Source: Candidatus Saccharicenans subterraneus
Lineage (GTDB): Bacteria; Acidobacteriota; Aminicenantia; Aminicenantales; Saccharicenantaceae
Length of the DNA stretch: 64,000 nt
Reading direction: 5' to 3'
Assembly (NCBI GenBank): GCA_003426165.1
Contig: QUAH01000009.1
Coordinates: 64,620 to 128,619 of the forward strand
The notes beneath the pieces are model-generated. The model made no database searches. It was not told the origin of the DNA and was given only the letters and a program-made list of their open reading frames with translations. The position numbers and the translations under genes are program-made. Below are positions 13,158 through 22,798 of this stretch, piece by piece; within the stretch, counting starts at the first letter, position 1; the number at the start of each line of letters is the position of its first letter.

Positions 13158-13864
13158 TCAAAATAGAGGATTCGGCCGCAGCTTTCGCACAGGTGCAGCT
13201 TGCTGCGGTCGCGGATTTCGTTCAGCATCTGGGGCCTGATTCTTAACTGGCACATGGAACAGAATTCTTCGATTACCCTGGACAGGGCGATCCCGGCCCG
13301 TTTCCGGGCGATGCTCTGGTAAAGCTGAAGCTGGGACTTGGCAATTCCCGGGACCAGCTCTTGTCTTTTCCTGGCCAGCTGGTCTTTTTCTGCTTCCAGG
13401 GATTGCTTTCTCTGGGTTAGGGCGGCGATCTCCTGCTTAAGGTGTTCTTCCTCGTTTTTTTGCTTCAGGCTGGCGGTCCTGATTTCTTCCTCGATTTCAT
13501 CGGCCACAAGCAGTTCCCTGATGATTTCTTCTTCCAGCCGGTCGATTTTCTCCTGGGTTTCCTGGATTTCCTTGAGCAGGGAAGTGTATTCCTTGTTGGA
13601 CTTGACTTCATTAAGCTGGCGCTTGTACTTGGCTATCTGGGCTTTCAGGTCCTTGACCTCGGCCTCCAGGTCCCTTCTTTTCTTCTGGTTCTGGGCCAGC
13701 CGTTCCTTGGCCCGGACCACCAGGTCAGAGTCAGCCTTAATCTTTTTTTCTACCTGTTCTATGAGACGGGGGATGTCGGACAGTTCGGCGGTAATCTGCC
13801 TGAGGGCATTATCCAGCTCCTGGAGCTGGATTAATTTTTCAAAGTCAGCATCCACTCCATCCAC
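13112..13864 (-). CDS. C4-type zinc-ribbon coiled-coil protein (DUF164/COG1579-like)
   Basis: Long coiled-coil followed by a CxxC....CxxC zinc ribbon (CSMCQLRI...CESCGRILY). GTG start at 13864. Its 3' end overlaps the 3' end of the acyl-CoA ligase by 46 nt. Confidence 0.7.
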   Translation of the reverse strand: MDGVDADFEKLIQLQELDNALRQITAELSDIPRLIEQVEKKIKADSDLVVRAKERLAQNQKKRRDLEAEVKDLKAQIAKYKRQLNEVKSNKEYTSLLKEIQETQEKIDRLEEEIIRELLVADEIEEEIRTASLKQKNEEEHLKQEIAALTQRKQSLEAEKDQLARKRQELVPGIAKSQLQLYQSIARKRAGIALSRVIEEFCSMCQLRIRPQMLNEIRDRSKLHLCESCGRILYFDYSEESKEEAEESSR

Positions 13865-13893
13865 TTTGTCTCTCGATTCATTTAGCCGTTTTT

Positions 13894-13968
13894 TGGTGGG
13901 CCTACCAGGATTCGAACCTGGGACCTGCCGGTTATGAGCCGGTAGCTCTGCCGCTGAGCTATAGGCCC
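13894..13968 (-). tRNA. tRNA-Met (anticodon CAU; could also be a lysidine-modified tRNA-Ile2)
   Basis: The reverse complement folds as a cloverleaf: GGGCCTA acceptor, TAGCTCAGCGGCAGAGC D-arm, anticodon loop CTCATAA, T-arm GGTTCGAATCC, encoded CCA. Confidence 0.85.
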
Positions 13969-14014
13969 TTTTTTTGATTTTATACCAGATATTTAGCGGT
14001 TAGTCAATTCGCCC

Positions 14015-15694
14015 CTAAAAGCTGTTGGTGAAGGAGCGAAGCTTCTTGGAGCGAGTGGGGTGCTTCAGCTTCCTCAGGGCCTTGGCCTCAATCTGGCGGA
14101 TTCTCTCGCGGGTGACCTTGAACTGCTGCCCCACCTCTTCCAGGGTGTGCTCGTTGCCATCGCCCAGGCCGAAGCGCATCTTCAACACCCTGGCTTCACG
14201 GTCGGTCAGGGTCTTCAGGGCCTCGTCGATGTGCTCCCGGAGGCTCTGGTAGATGACCCTTTCCGGGGGAGAGGGCATGATCTTATCTTCGATGAAATCA
14301 CCCAGGTGGCTGTCTTCCTCTTCTCCGATCGGGGTTTCCAGGGAAATCGGTTCCTGGGCGATCTTGATGATTTTCCTGACCTTGCTGACCGGCATGTCCA
14401 TCTTCTTGGCGATTTCCTCGCAGGTGGGTTCCCGGCCGAGTTCCTGCACCAGCTGCCTGGAAATCCGGACCAGCTTGTTGATGGTCTCTATCATGTGAAC
14501 GGGTATCCTGATGGTCCGGGCCTGGTCGGCGATGGCCCGGGTGATGGCCTGCCGGATCCACCAGGTGGCGTAGGTGGAGAACTTGTAACCGCGCCGGTAC
14601 TCGAACTTGTCCACCGCCTTCATCAGCCCCATGTTGCCTTCCTGGATCAGGTCCAGGAACTGCAGGCCGCGGTTGCTGTATTTCTTGGCGATGGAGACCA
14701 CCAGCCTGAGGTTGGCTTCCACCAGCTGCTTCTTGGCCTGTTCGCTGGTGCTCTTGCCCATCATGATGGCCCGGACCGCCTTTTTCAGGGCCTGGGAATC
14801 CAGGCCGATCTCCTTTTCTATCTTCCTGATGTCCTGGTTGATCCTTTTGATTTCGTTCTCGATGGCTTTCTTTTCGGCGCGGGACCGAACGGGACTGAGT
14901 GCTTTTTTCTTGCCAGAGCTCACCTTTTTCTTCTGCTCTCTGGGCTTGCGGTTGAGGCTCTGCTCCAGTTCCGCCCGGCGGTATTCCAGCTCGTTAATCT
15001 CCCTTAGCTTATCCTTCATCTGTTCGATAACGGTCTCCCGTAGCCCTGGCTGCAGGTTAAGGTCCCGGATCAACCGGCTGAGTTTGACGATTATGCGCCC
15101 CCTGGCGAAGTTGAATTTCTTCCTGTTGGGCAGGGTTTCAATTTTCCTGGCCAGGTCTTTGATATTTTTGATCTGAAGTAGCAGTTCCTGCTGTTTCTCC
15201 GGGAGCTTTTCTTCGGCCAGTTCCTCGTCGTTGAAATCGAAGTAATCCTGGATGGTTTCCGGGAATTCTTTGATCTTCTGTTCTATCTGCAGGATGTTGG
15301 TCAGGACCAGCCTGGTCTTGGACAGGGCCTTGATGATGGCCCGTTCGCCCCGCTCTATCTCCCTGGCGATGGCGATTTCACCCTCCCTGGTCAGCAGCGG
15401 GATGTTGCCCATCTCCCGGAGGTAGAGCTTGACCGGGTCGGTGGTTCTTTCCAGGCCATGGGTGCAGACCGGGACTTTCTTATGGGGGAAGGGTATTATT
15501 TCTCGCTGCTGGGAATCGAGGATCTTGATCCCGTAGCTATCCATGGAGTTCAGGAAATCGTCGAAGTCGTCCTCGGCTCCGAACTCATCTCCCAGGGTCT
15601 GGTCGATCTCTTCCCAGGACAGGAAGCCCTGTCTCTTGCCCTTGGAAATCAACTGGAGAATTTCTTCTTTCTGATACTTGTCGTCAGACGGCAC
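14015..15694 (-). CDS. rpoD: RNA polymerase sigma-70 factor RpoD
   Basis: Regions 1.2 to 4 are present ([27 protein letters not shown], region 4 helix-turn-helix). GTG start with AGGAGG RBS. Sits downstream of dnaG. Confidence 0.95.
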   Translation of the reverse strand: MPSDDKYQKEEILQLISKGKRQGFLSWEEIDQTLGDEFGAEDDFDDFLNSMDSYGIKILDSQQREIIPFPHKKVPVCTHGLERTTDPVKLYLREMGNIPLLTREGEIAIAREIERGERAIIKALSKTRLVLTNILQIEQKIKEFPETIQDYFDFNDEELAEEKLPEKQQELLLQIKNIKDLARKIETLPNRKKFNFARGRIIVKLSRLIRDLNLQPGLRETVIEQMKDKLREINELEYRRAELEQSLNRKPREQKKKVSSGKKKALSPVRSRAEKKAIENEIKRINQDIRKIEKEIGLDSQALKKAVRAIMMGKSTSEQAKKQLVEANLRLVVSIAKKYSNRGLQFLDLIQEGNMGLMKAVDKFEYRRGYKFSTYATWWIRQAITRAIADQARTIRIPVHMIETINKLVRISRQLVQELGREPTCEEIAKKMDMPVSKVRKIIKIAQEPISLETPIGEEEDSHLGDFIEDKIMPSPPERVIYQSLREHIDEALKTLTDREARVLKMRFGLGDGNEHTLEEVGQQFKVTRERIRQIEAKALRKLKHPTRSKKLRSFTNSF

Positions 15695-15754
15695 TTACAG
15701 CCTCCTTCTATTCAGCAGGCCGGGGGCCTGGTTTATTATTGTTCGTATATATAT

Positions 15755-17479
15755 TCATAGGGTCATTATCTGGCGCGTCAGCTCATGTTTCTGATAGAGA
15801 AGGGACATGAGTTTTTCCTGGTCGCCTTTCTTTTCAGTCAGGGCGATCTCTCTCTGAATTTCCCTGAGCTTTTTCTGCAGGCTGTTTTTCTTCAGGGTTA
15901 TCAGGCAGTCAAGGGCTTCACCTATGGAACCGTCGGGAATATCCTCCTGGAGCACCCGGCATAACTGGCCCAGCAGCCTGGACTCAACCTTTTCCTGGAG
16001 GGGAGCCAGGCTCCAACTCTGCCCCTGCCGGTAAGATTCCAGGACATACCTGAAGACCGGTTCGCTGGCCAGACCCCGAAAACAGTCCTCGTCCATCTCT
16101 CCCAGTATCATCCTGGCAATTTCCTGCTGGTTGAAAAGCAGTTGCAGTAGTCTCTTTTCAGCCGGCAGGAAAATGTCTTTCTCCTCGCGGCTGGCGGCAG
16201 GGGCCGGCTTCCTGCTCTCCTCCAGCATCTGTCTCAGGGTGGTTTCGTTTATCTTGAAATATTCGGCCGTCCTCTTGAGATATTCGTTCCTGACGATGGC
16301 ATCGGGGATACGCATGACTTCCTGAATAACCTGACGTGCAGCCCGGCTCTTTTCTTCTGGAATGTTCAGGCGGGCACCCTTTGAGTACTGGACCAGCAGG
16401 AAGCGAAAACCATCCAGGGCCCGTCGGGCGAGTCCCAGGTACTTATCCGGCCCGTACTTCCTGATGAAGGCATCGGGGTCAAGCTTTTCCGGCAGGACCA
16501 GGATCTTAACCTGGAGTCCCTTTTCCAGGCAGATGGGCACGGCCCGGAGGGCGGCATTCAGTCCGGCCTCGTCTCCGTCATAATTGATTATTACCCTGGG
16601 GGCGTACCTCAGTATCTGGGCGGCCTGCTGGGAAGTGAGGCTGGTGCCCATGGAAGCGGCCACGTTCTGGATGCCGGCCTGGAACAGGGCGGCAAAATCG
16701 GCATATCCTTCCACCAGGATCAACTCACCGGCTTGCCTGATGCTGTCCCGGGTGAAGTTAAGACCGTAGAGGATGTGGCCCTTGGTAAAAGTCTGGGTCT
16801 CCGGGGAATTAAGGTACTTGGGCTGGGCTTCAAAAATGGTCCGTCCGCCAAAGGCCACCACCCGCCCGGTCAGGGTGAAAATCGGAAAGATGACCCGGCC
16901 CCGGAAGCGGTCGCGGTATTCGCCGGGCTTCTGACCTGGAATTATCAACCCGGCCTTTTCCAGAATTTGAGGACTGTATGACTGCTTGAAATTCTGGAAC
17001 AAAGCATCCCAGGAGTTCAGGGCATAGCCCAGCCTGAGCTTCTTGATGGTGTCTTCGGAGAATTGCCGGCTTTTCAGGTATTCCAGGGCTTTCTTCCCTT
17101 CGGGAGTCCTGAACAGATTGTTCCTGAAATAATTCAGGGCCTTGTCGTTGATTTCGAAAATTTTTTCTTCCAGCCGTGATTCGCGACCTGCCTGCCGGGT
17201 TTCGGGCAGGGGAATCCGGTATTTTTCAGCCAGGAAACGGACGGCTTCGGGGAAGGTCAGGTTTTCTTTTTCCATCACCAGGGAAAACAGGTCTCCCCCT
17301 ATGCCGCAGCCAAAACAATGGAAGAGCTGTTTATCTTCGTCGATGGTGAAGGACGGGTCTTTTTCCGAGTGGAAAGGGCAGAGCCCAACCCATTTCTTAC
17401 CCCTCTTTTTAAGGGTGGTGTACTGGGAGGCTATTTCGACAATAGAAGCCGCCGCCCTGATCTTTTCGGTTATCTCCAT
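15755..17479 (-). CDS. dnaG: DNA primase
   Basis: Zinc-binding CPFHSEKDPSFTIDEDKQLFHCFGCG, a TOPRIM domain (EGYADF) and a C-terminal helicase-interaction domain. Confidence 0.95.
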   Translation of the reverse strand: MEITEKIRAAASIVEIASQYTTLKKRGKKWVGLCPFHSEKDPSFTIDEDKQLFHCFGCGIGGDLFSLVMEKENLTFPEAVRFLAEKYRIPLPETRQAGRESRLEEKIFEINDKALNYFRNNLFRTPEGKKALEYLKSRQFSEDTIKKLRLGYALNSWDALFQNFKQSYSPQILEKAGLIIPGQKPGEYRDRFRGRVIFPIFTLTGRVVAFGGRTIFEAQPKYLNSPETQTFTKGHILYGLNFTRDSIRQAGELILVEGYADFAALFQAGIQNVAASMGTSLTSQQAAQILRYAPRVIINYDGDEAGLNAALRAVPICLEKGLQVKILVLPEKLDPDAFIRKYGPDKYLGLARRALDGFRFLLVQYSKGARLNIPEEKSRAARQVIQEVMRIPDAIVRNEYLKRTAEYFKINETTLRQMLEESRKPAPAASREEKDIFLPAEKRLLQLLFNQQEIARMILGEMDEDCFRGLASEPVFRYVLESYRQGQSWSLAPLQEKVESRLLGQLCRVLQEDIPDGSIGEALDCLITLKKNSLQKKLREIQREIALTEKKGDQEKLMSLLYQKHELTRQIMTL

Positions 17480-17579
17480 TAGGCTACGTAAGGTTTGCTT
17501 TTCTCATATAAAATAGGTTCGCCCCTGGCAGTTGTCAAGCTGGCTGCCGGGAAAAACTCAATTTTTTCAGCCAGAAAAA

Positions 17580-18323
17580 TCATAGGTGGTTGATCAGGCT
17601 GGCCAGGTAGCCAGCACCAAAACCGTTGTCTATGTTAACCACGGCCACGCCGCCCGGGCAGGAGTTCAGCATGGCCAGCAGGGCTGATAGTCCCTGGAAG
17701 TTGGCCCCGTAGCCGACACTGGTGGGAACGGCTATGACCGGGGCCCGGAACAGCCCGGCCACCACGCTGGGCAGGGCTCCTTCCATCCCGGCCACCACCA
17801 CCAGAACCCGGGCCTCCTTTATCAGGTCGTAATGGCCGAGCAAACGGTGCAGTCCGGCCACGCCCACGTCGTAGACCCGGTCGACGGAGTTGCCGAAGAA
17901 CTCGGCCGTCAGGGCGGCTTCTTCAGCCACGGGTACGTCTGAAGTACCGGCCGAGATTACGGCTACCCGGCCTTTTCCCTCCGGGGGCCTGGTTTTCAGG
18001 ACCGTCAGGCACCTGGCCTGTTCATGGTAATGCCCGGCTTTCAATCGAGCCCTGATTTTCCTGTAATTTTCGGGGGAAAGGCGAGTGATCAAAAGATTGC
18101 TGCCCTTCTTCAGGATGGCCGTGGCTATCTTAACCAGCTGGTCCGGGGTTTTACCCTGTCCGAAGATGACTTCGGGCGTGCCACGCCTGAGCTCCCGGGC
18201 ATGGTCTACCTTGGCAAAACTCAGGTCCTGGTAGGGGAAATGCTGGAGCTTGTCCAGGGCCTGCTGCGGGGTGATTTCTTTCCGGTAAAGCTTATCGAGG
18301 AGGTCGACCAGAAGCGCTTTCAC
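17580..18323 (-). CDS. LarB-like / PurE-family (AIR carboxylase-like) protein
   Basis: The C-terminal ~140 aa resemble the PurE fold (VAVISAGTSDVPVAEEA...VVVAGMEGALPSVVAG). The ~110-aa N-terminal extension is typical of LarB-type proteins. GTG start. Confidence 0.55.
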   Translation of the reverse strand: MKALLVDLLDKLYRKEITPQQALDKLQHFPYQDLSFAKVDHARELRRGTPEVIFGQGKTPDQLVKIATAILKKGSNLLITRLSPENYRKIRARLKAGHYHEQARCLTVLKTRPPEGKGRVAVISAGTSDVPVAEEAALTAEFFGNSVDRVYDVGVAGLHRLLGHYDLIKEARVLVVVAGMEGALPSVVAGLFRAPVIAVPTSVGYGANFQGLSALLAMLNSCPGGVAVVNIDNGFGAGYLASLINHL

Positions 18324-18459
18324 GGATGGATTTTAGCATAAAAATTGAATTTTGGCATCATCCGGAGGTAAAGTTTTACCCTTTTCCGGCTGGCTTGATT
18401 AACGGGTTGCTATGTTGTAAAATAGCAAAAACTTAAGATGGAATCGTCAGGAGAAAGCA

Positions 18460-18963
18460 GTGAGCGAAGCCAAGAAAAAAGATGATTATCAGAAGGCGCT
18501 GGCCCTTTACAACCAGGGAATAAAGGATTTCCGCAAGAACGACTATGATAAGGCACTGGTTTCCTTCAGGGAGCTGGTGGAAACCTATCCAGAAGAACAC
18601 GAGCTGGTTGACCGGGCCAAGGTTTACATCAGCATCTGCGAGAGAGGTCCTAGGAAAGAGTCCATCTCTCCAAGGAATATCGAGGATTATCTTTTTTATG
18701 CCCAGATGAGAATCAACCAGGGAGACCATCAGGCCGCGCTGAAGCTGCTGGAGAAAGCCCTGGAGCTCAAAAGGGAGGAAGCCAGGGTTTACTACCTGAT
18801 GGCTACGGCCTATGTCCAGGCCGGACAGGTAGAAGAAGGACTGGAAGCTCTTAAGAAAGCTCTCCAGAAAGATAAGTCCCTGGCCGTCATGGCTCAGAAT
18901 GAGCCCGATTTCGAATCCATCTGGGAAGACAAAAGGTTTAAGGTCCTGGTCAAACTTTCATGA
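18460..18963 (+). CDS. tetratricopeptide-repeat protein
   Basis: Three or four TPR-like helical repeats ([11 protein letters not shown]..., [37 protein letters not shown]). GTG start with AGGAGA RBS. Its stop overlaps the next gene's ATG (ATGA). Confidence 0.7.
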   Translation: MSEAKKKDDYQKALALYNQGIKDFRKNDYDKALVSFRELVETYPEEHELVDRAKVYISICERGPRKESISPRNIEDYLFYAQMRINQGDHQAALKLLEKALELKREEARVYYLMATAYVQAGQVEEGLEALKKALQKDKSLAVMAQNEPDFESIWEDKRFKVLVKLS

Positions 18964-20300
18964 AAAATAAACTCCTGGTTCTGGCCCGCGGGGATGAAGT
19001 CTTGGGCGGCCAGAAAAGAAACCTGCCTTCCATAATTTCTGCCCCTTCACTGCTGACCGGTCGTCTGGAAGTCTTGATGAAGCTCAGGCCGGAGAGAATA
19101 GGCTGGCTCGGGACTGAGACGGCCGAGACCGGGAAGTCCCGTAAAAAGTTTTTAAAGGTGCTCCCGGTTGGAGAGCTGACCTCTTCGCTGTCAGCCCTGT
19201 TGGAACGGATTAAGAAAGGAAGGTCAACCGGCGATCTCCTGCTCCTGTCACCAGAGTTTTTCCCCAAAGAAGCCGGCCTCTTAAAGAGATTGCTTAATTT
19301 TCACCAAAAATCGGGCAATGACCTTACCCTGGTTGGGGAACGCATAGGTTCTCACCAGGACCGATCGTCGGAAGATTATTTTGTTCATCCCGGGCTGGCC
19401 CTGGTCTCATATGACGGCCACCGCAAATGGCTGAGTCGGGTCCGGCCGTTCAAGCCTTCCGGTCAGCTCGACGTGGTGGCCCTGGTGGAGGCGGCCTGGG
19501 CCGCGGGACTCAGAATAGGTTTTTACTGGGTAAAGGAAACCGACAAGGATTTGTTCATCCCGGTTAATTCTCTATCCGACTATTCCCGGGTAGCTGAATT
19601 TCTCAGGCAGGCCAAGATAGCTGAACTGGAAAAACGGGGGGTGTTCTTCCTGGACCAGGCCTCGGTCTGGATTGACCCCAGGGCTAAAGTCGGTACAGGA
19701 ACGGTAATTTATCCCTCGGTTATCATTGAAGGCAGAAGCAGGGTTGGCAAAGATTGCCTGATATATCCACACTGTCACATCATCGACAGCCGGCTGGGAA
19801 ACAGGGTCAAGGTGTTTGGGGCCACGGTTATCGAAGGGTGCCGCATTGATAACGAAGCCCAGGTCGGTCCGTTTTCCAGGCTGCGGCCGGAGACCAGGCT
19901 GCGCCGGGGAAGCCATGTGGGCAATTTCGTGGAAATGAAGAAAACAGTCTTCGGCGAAGGTTCTAAAGCCATGCATCTCAGCTACCTGGGCGACACCAGG
20001 GTTGAGGAGAAAGTTAACGTGGGAGCCGGGACCATCACCTGCAATTATGATGGAATCAGGAAAAACAGGACGTTTATCGGTCGGGGAGCCTTTATAGGTT
20101 CCGGAACGGAACTGGTGGCTCCGGTCCGGGTGGGGCGTGGGGCCTATGTGGCTGCCGGCTCAACCATAACCGAGAACGTAAAACCCGGGGCGCTGGCCAT
20201 CGCCCGGACCCGGCAGGTGCAGAAACCGGGCTGGGCCAGGGAACGCAGGGCCAGCCTCCAGGCTGCCGGTAAAAAAGCAGCTAAAAAAAAGGGGAAATAA
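18960..20300 (+). CDS. GlmU-like bifunctional protein: bona fide C-terminal left-handed beta-helix acetyltransferase domain, N-terminal nucleotidyltransferase domain with degenerate signature motif
   Basis: The C-terminus aligns closely with GlmU ([79 protein letters not shown]). The N-terminus lacks the canonical L-x2-G-x-G-T-R-M motif and reads [17 protein letters not shown] instead. Confidence 0.7.
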   Translation: MKNKLLVLARGDEVLGGQKRNLPSIISAPSLLTGRLEVLMKLRPERIGWLGTETAETGKSRKKFLKVLPVGELTSSLSALLERIKKGRSTGDLLLLSPEFFPKEAGLLKRLLNFHQKSGNDLTLVGERIGSHQDRSSEDYFVHPGLALVSYDGHRKWLSRVRPFKPSGQLDVVALVEAAWAAGLRIGFYWVKETDKDLFIPVNSLSDYSRVAEFLRQAKIAELEKRGVFFLDQASVWIDPRAKVGTGTVIYPSVIIEGRSRVGKDCLIYPHCHIIDSRLGNRVKVFGATVIEGCRIDNEAQVGPFSRLRPETRLRRGSHVGNFVEMKKTVFGEGSKAMHLSYLGDTRVEEKVNVGAGTITCNYDGIRKNRTFIGRGAFIGSGTELVAPVRVGRGAYVAAGSTITENVKPGALAIARTRQVQKPGWARERRASLQAAGKKAAKKKGK

Positions 20301-20321
20301 TGTCCCTTCAGGAAGGGCGAT

Positions 20322-20963
20322 TCAGTCCCGGGGAGTAGCTTTCTTTTTTTCTACGCGATAAACGTGGGCAATTCTCTGGATGGCGGTCAGGTTGGAGACC
20401 ACGGCCAGTATGATGATGACCGCTATCATTACCGTGTCCCGGTGCCCGATAATCAGGGCCAGCAGGGTGCCGATAATGAGGAGCACCATTCTTTCAGCCC
20501 GCTGCATTATTCCCAGCTGGCAGCTGACTCCCAGGCTTTCAGCCCGGGCCTTGGTATAGCTGACCATGGTTGAACCGAGGAAGGCCAGGGCCAGGACCCA
20601 CAGGACCCAGTGAGGTCCGAAATAAAATCCCAGGCCGAGGTAGATGGCAAACTCCGAATAACGGTCCAGGCTGGAGTCGAAAACTGCCCCGAATACCGTC
20701 CGGCGATTGCTGTTGGTGGCCACCTTCCCGTCCAGAATGTCCAGCATCCCGCAAATTACCAGGAAGACCAGAGCCCAGCCCCACCTTCCCAGGGCAAAAA
20801 ACAATCCCACCAGCAGGCCGGCCAGAAGGCCCAGAAAGCTGAGCAGGTTTGGGCTCAGCTTCAAGCGAACCAGGAATAGAGAGAAACGGTCGAAGACTTC
20901 CAGGATGAAAACGATCAATTTTTTGGGAAGAAGCCTGAAACCTTTATTCTCATAGCTGACCAT
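20322..20963 (-). CDS. CDP-alcohol phosphatidyltransferase family membrane protein (candidate phosphatidylinositol-phosphate synthase)
   Basis: Signature D-G-x2-A-R-x8-G-x3-D-x3-D is present (DILDGKVATNSNRRTVFGAVFDSSLDRYSE). Multi-pass membrane protein. Divergent to the inositol-phosphate synthase gene. Confidence 0.8.
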   Translation of the reverse strand: MVSYENKGFRLLPKKLIVFILEVFDRFSLFLVRLKLSPNLLSFLGLLAGLLVGLFFALGRWGWALVFLVICGMLDILDGKVATNSNRRTVFGAVFDSSLDRYSEFAIYLGLGFYFGPHWVLWVLALAFLGSTMVSYTKARAESLGVSCQLGIMQRAERMVLLIIGTLLALIIGHRDTVMIAVIIILAVVSNLTAIQRIAHVYRVEKKKATPRD

Positions 20964-21402
20964 CGTTTCAGAATTATAATTATTATAGGTAAAAAAATCA
21001 ATTTGCCGATTTGCCTAAAAGAGAACCTATATAAAAGCGATTTATTGTACTGCGAGGAAATCCACGCGAAAATCAGTCGTTTTCGGGCCAGGCAGGGTGA
21101 AAACTCTCGGGATGAGATTGGTCAGAAGGCCAGGCGCTGAACTCGGTTAAGCCTGGGCCGGTCTGTTGTGGGCAGGGACAGCAGAAGGTTGTTTTGGTGG
21201 GCGGGCCTATCTTCTTTTATATTTATGGTTCAGATGCCGGGTCCAACAACTCCGGGCCAGCGCAGCCAGGAATCCGGCCCTGAAAAGAAAACTTGAAGAT
21301 AAAAAAGCAGTATGATAACCTTAAATCCACTTATTTTGATCAGCAAATTCTTGAGGCTATGAATCGGCTTTTCTCTTTATGATTTTAGTTGAGGAGGCGG
21401 TC
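20964..21402. promoter_or_regulatory. 439-bp divergent intergenic region between the phosphatidyltransferase and inositol-phosphate synthase genes
   Basis: No ORF of 60 aa or more. GC-rich central segment (about 21060..21300). GAGGAGG RBS at 21391..21397 ahead of the ATG at 21403. Confidence 0.3.
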
Positions 21403-22716
21403 ATGAAGGAAAAAATTGAAATCAAGAGTCCGGAAGGAAAACTTGGAGTCTTGATTCCAGGCATAGGGGCTGTGGCCACTACTTTCATGGCCGGGGTTTT
21501 TCTGGCCAGAAAGGGACTGGGCAAACCCTTTGGTTCTCTGACCCAGATGGGCACAATCCGGCTGGGTAAAAGGCCTGAAAAGAGGGTTCCCAGGATAAAG
21601 GATTTTGTGGAACTGGCTGATCTGAACGATCTGGTTTTTGCCGGCTGGGATATTTTCCCGGATAATGCCTACGAGGCCGCGGTCAAGGCCGGAGTGTTGA
21701 GGAAAGAACACCTGGAACCGGTCAGGGAAGAGCTGGAGCGAATAGAGCCGATGCCGGCAGTTTTTGACCGCAACTATGTCAAAAGGCTGGACGGGCCCAA
21801 TAAAAAGAACGGTGCCAACAAGTTCGAGCTGGCCCTCCAGTTAATGGAAGATATCAAGAAATTCAGGGAGGACAATTCTCTAAACCGCCTGGTCATGATC
21901 TGGTGCGCCAGCACCGAGGTTTACCTCAAGCCTGAACCGGTGCATCAGACTGTTGATTCCCTGGAAAAGGCCATGAAGGAAAACCATCCGGCTATCGCTC
22001 CGAGCATGATCTATGCTTATGCCGCCATTAAGTCGGGTGTGCCCTTTATCAACGGTGCCCCCAACCTGACCGTTGACATCCCGGCCATGGTGGAACTGGC
22101 CAGGCAGCATAATGTTCCCATAGCCGGAAAGGATTTCAAAACCGGGCAGACCCTGATGAAGACCATCGTGGCCCCGGGCCTCAAGGCCAGGTTGCTCGGG
22201 TTGCACGGCTGGTTTTCCACCAACATCCTGGGCAACCGGGATGGAGAAGTCCTGGACGACCCGGATTCCTTCAAGACCAAGGAAGAGAGCAAGCTCGGGG
22301 CCCTGGAATACATACTCCAGCCCGAACTCTATCCCGAGCTTTACGGGAAGTTTTACCACAAAGTCCGCATCAACTATTACCCGCCGCGCGGCGATAACAA
22401 GGAGGGCTGGGACAACATCGATATCTTCGGCTGGCTGGGTTATCCCATGCAGATAAAAATAGATTTTCTCTGCCGGGACAGCATCCTGGCCGCACCCATC
22501 GTGCTCGACCTGGTGCTGTTTATGGACCTGGCCCAGAGAGCCGGTTTCAGGGGAATCCAGGAGTGGCTGTCCTTCTATTTCAAGACCCCGATGTGCGCGC
22601 CCGAGCTCTACCCGGAACATGACCTGTTCATCCAGTTGATGAAGCTCAAGAATACGCTGCGTTACATGAAAGGCGAAGAGCTGATAACCCACCTGGGCCT
22701 GGAATATTACGATTGA
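21403..22716 (+). CDS. ino1: myo-inositol-1-phosphate synthase (inositol-3-phosphate synthase)
   Basis: N-terminal Rossmann GIGAVATTFMAGV, plus a catalytic-domain segment (SMIYAYAAIKSGVPFINGAPNL...AGKDFKTGQT) that I read as MIPS-like. Start moved to the ATG at 21403, which is preceded by GAGGAGG. The track's 21379 start has no RBS. Confidence 0.85.
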   Translation: MKEKIEIKSPEGKLGVLIPGIGAVATTFMAGVFLARKGLGKPFGSLTQMGTIRLGKRPEKRVPRIKDFVELADLNDLVFAGWDIFPDNAYEAAVKAGVLRKEHLEPVREELERIEPMPAVFDRNYVKRLDGPNKKNGANKFELALQLMEDIKKFREDNSLNRLVMIWCASTEVYLKPEPVHQTVDSLEKAMKENHPAIAPSMIYAYAAIKSGVPFINGAPNLTVDIPAMVELARQHNVPIAGKDFKTGQTLMKTIVAPGLKARLLGLHGWFSTNILGNRDGEVLDDPDSFKTKEESKLGALEYILQPELYPELYGKFYHKVRINYYPPRGDNKEGWDNIDIFGWLGYPMQIKIDFLCRDSILAAPIVLDLVLFMDLAQRAGFRGIQEWLSFYFKTPMCAPELYPEHDLFIQLMKLKNTLRYMKGEELITHLGLEYYD

Positions 22717-22798
22717 GGCTTGAGCCCGGTCGGGCCGGTTGACACCTGTTTTCATTTGTGAATTAATTATTTCTATTCTTTCTATTAAGAGGTTTAAG

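Noticed and set aside
14060-15007. 315-aa + strand ORF inside rpoD
   Set aside because: Antisense to rpoD. G/L/P/D-rich repetitive translation.
21880-22755. 291-aa minus-strand ORF inside the inositol-phosphate synthase gene
   Set aside because: Antisense shadow of the conserved synthase gene.
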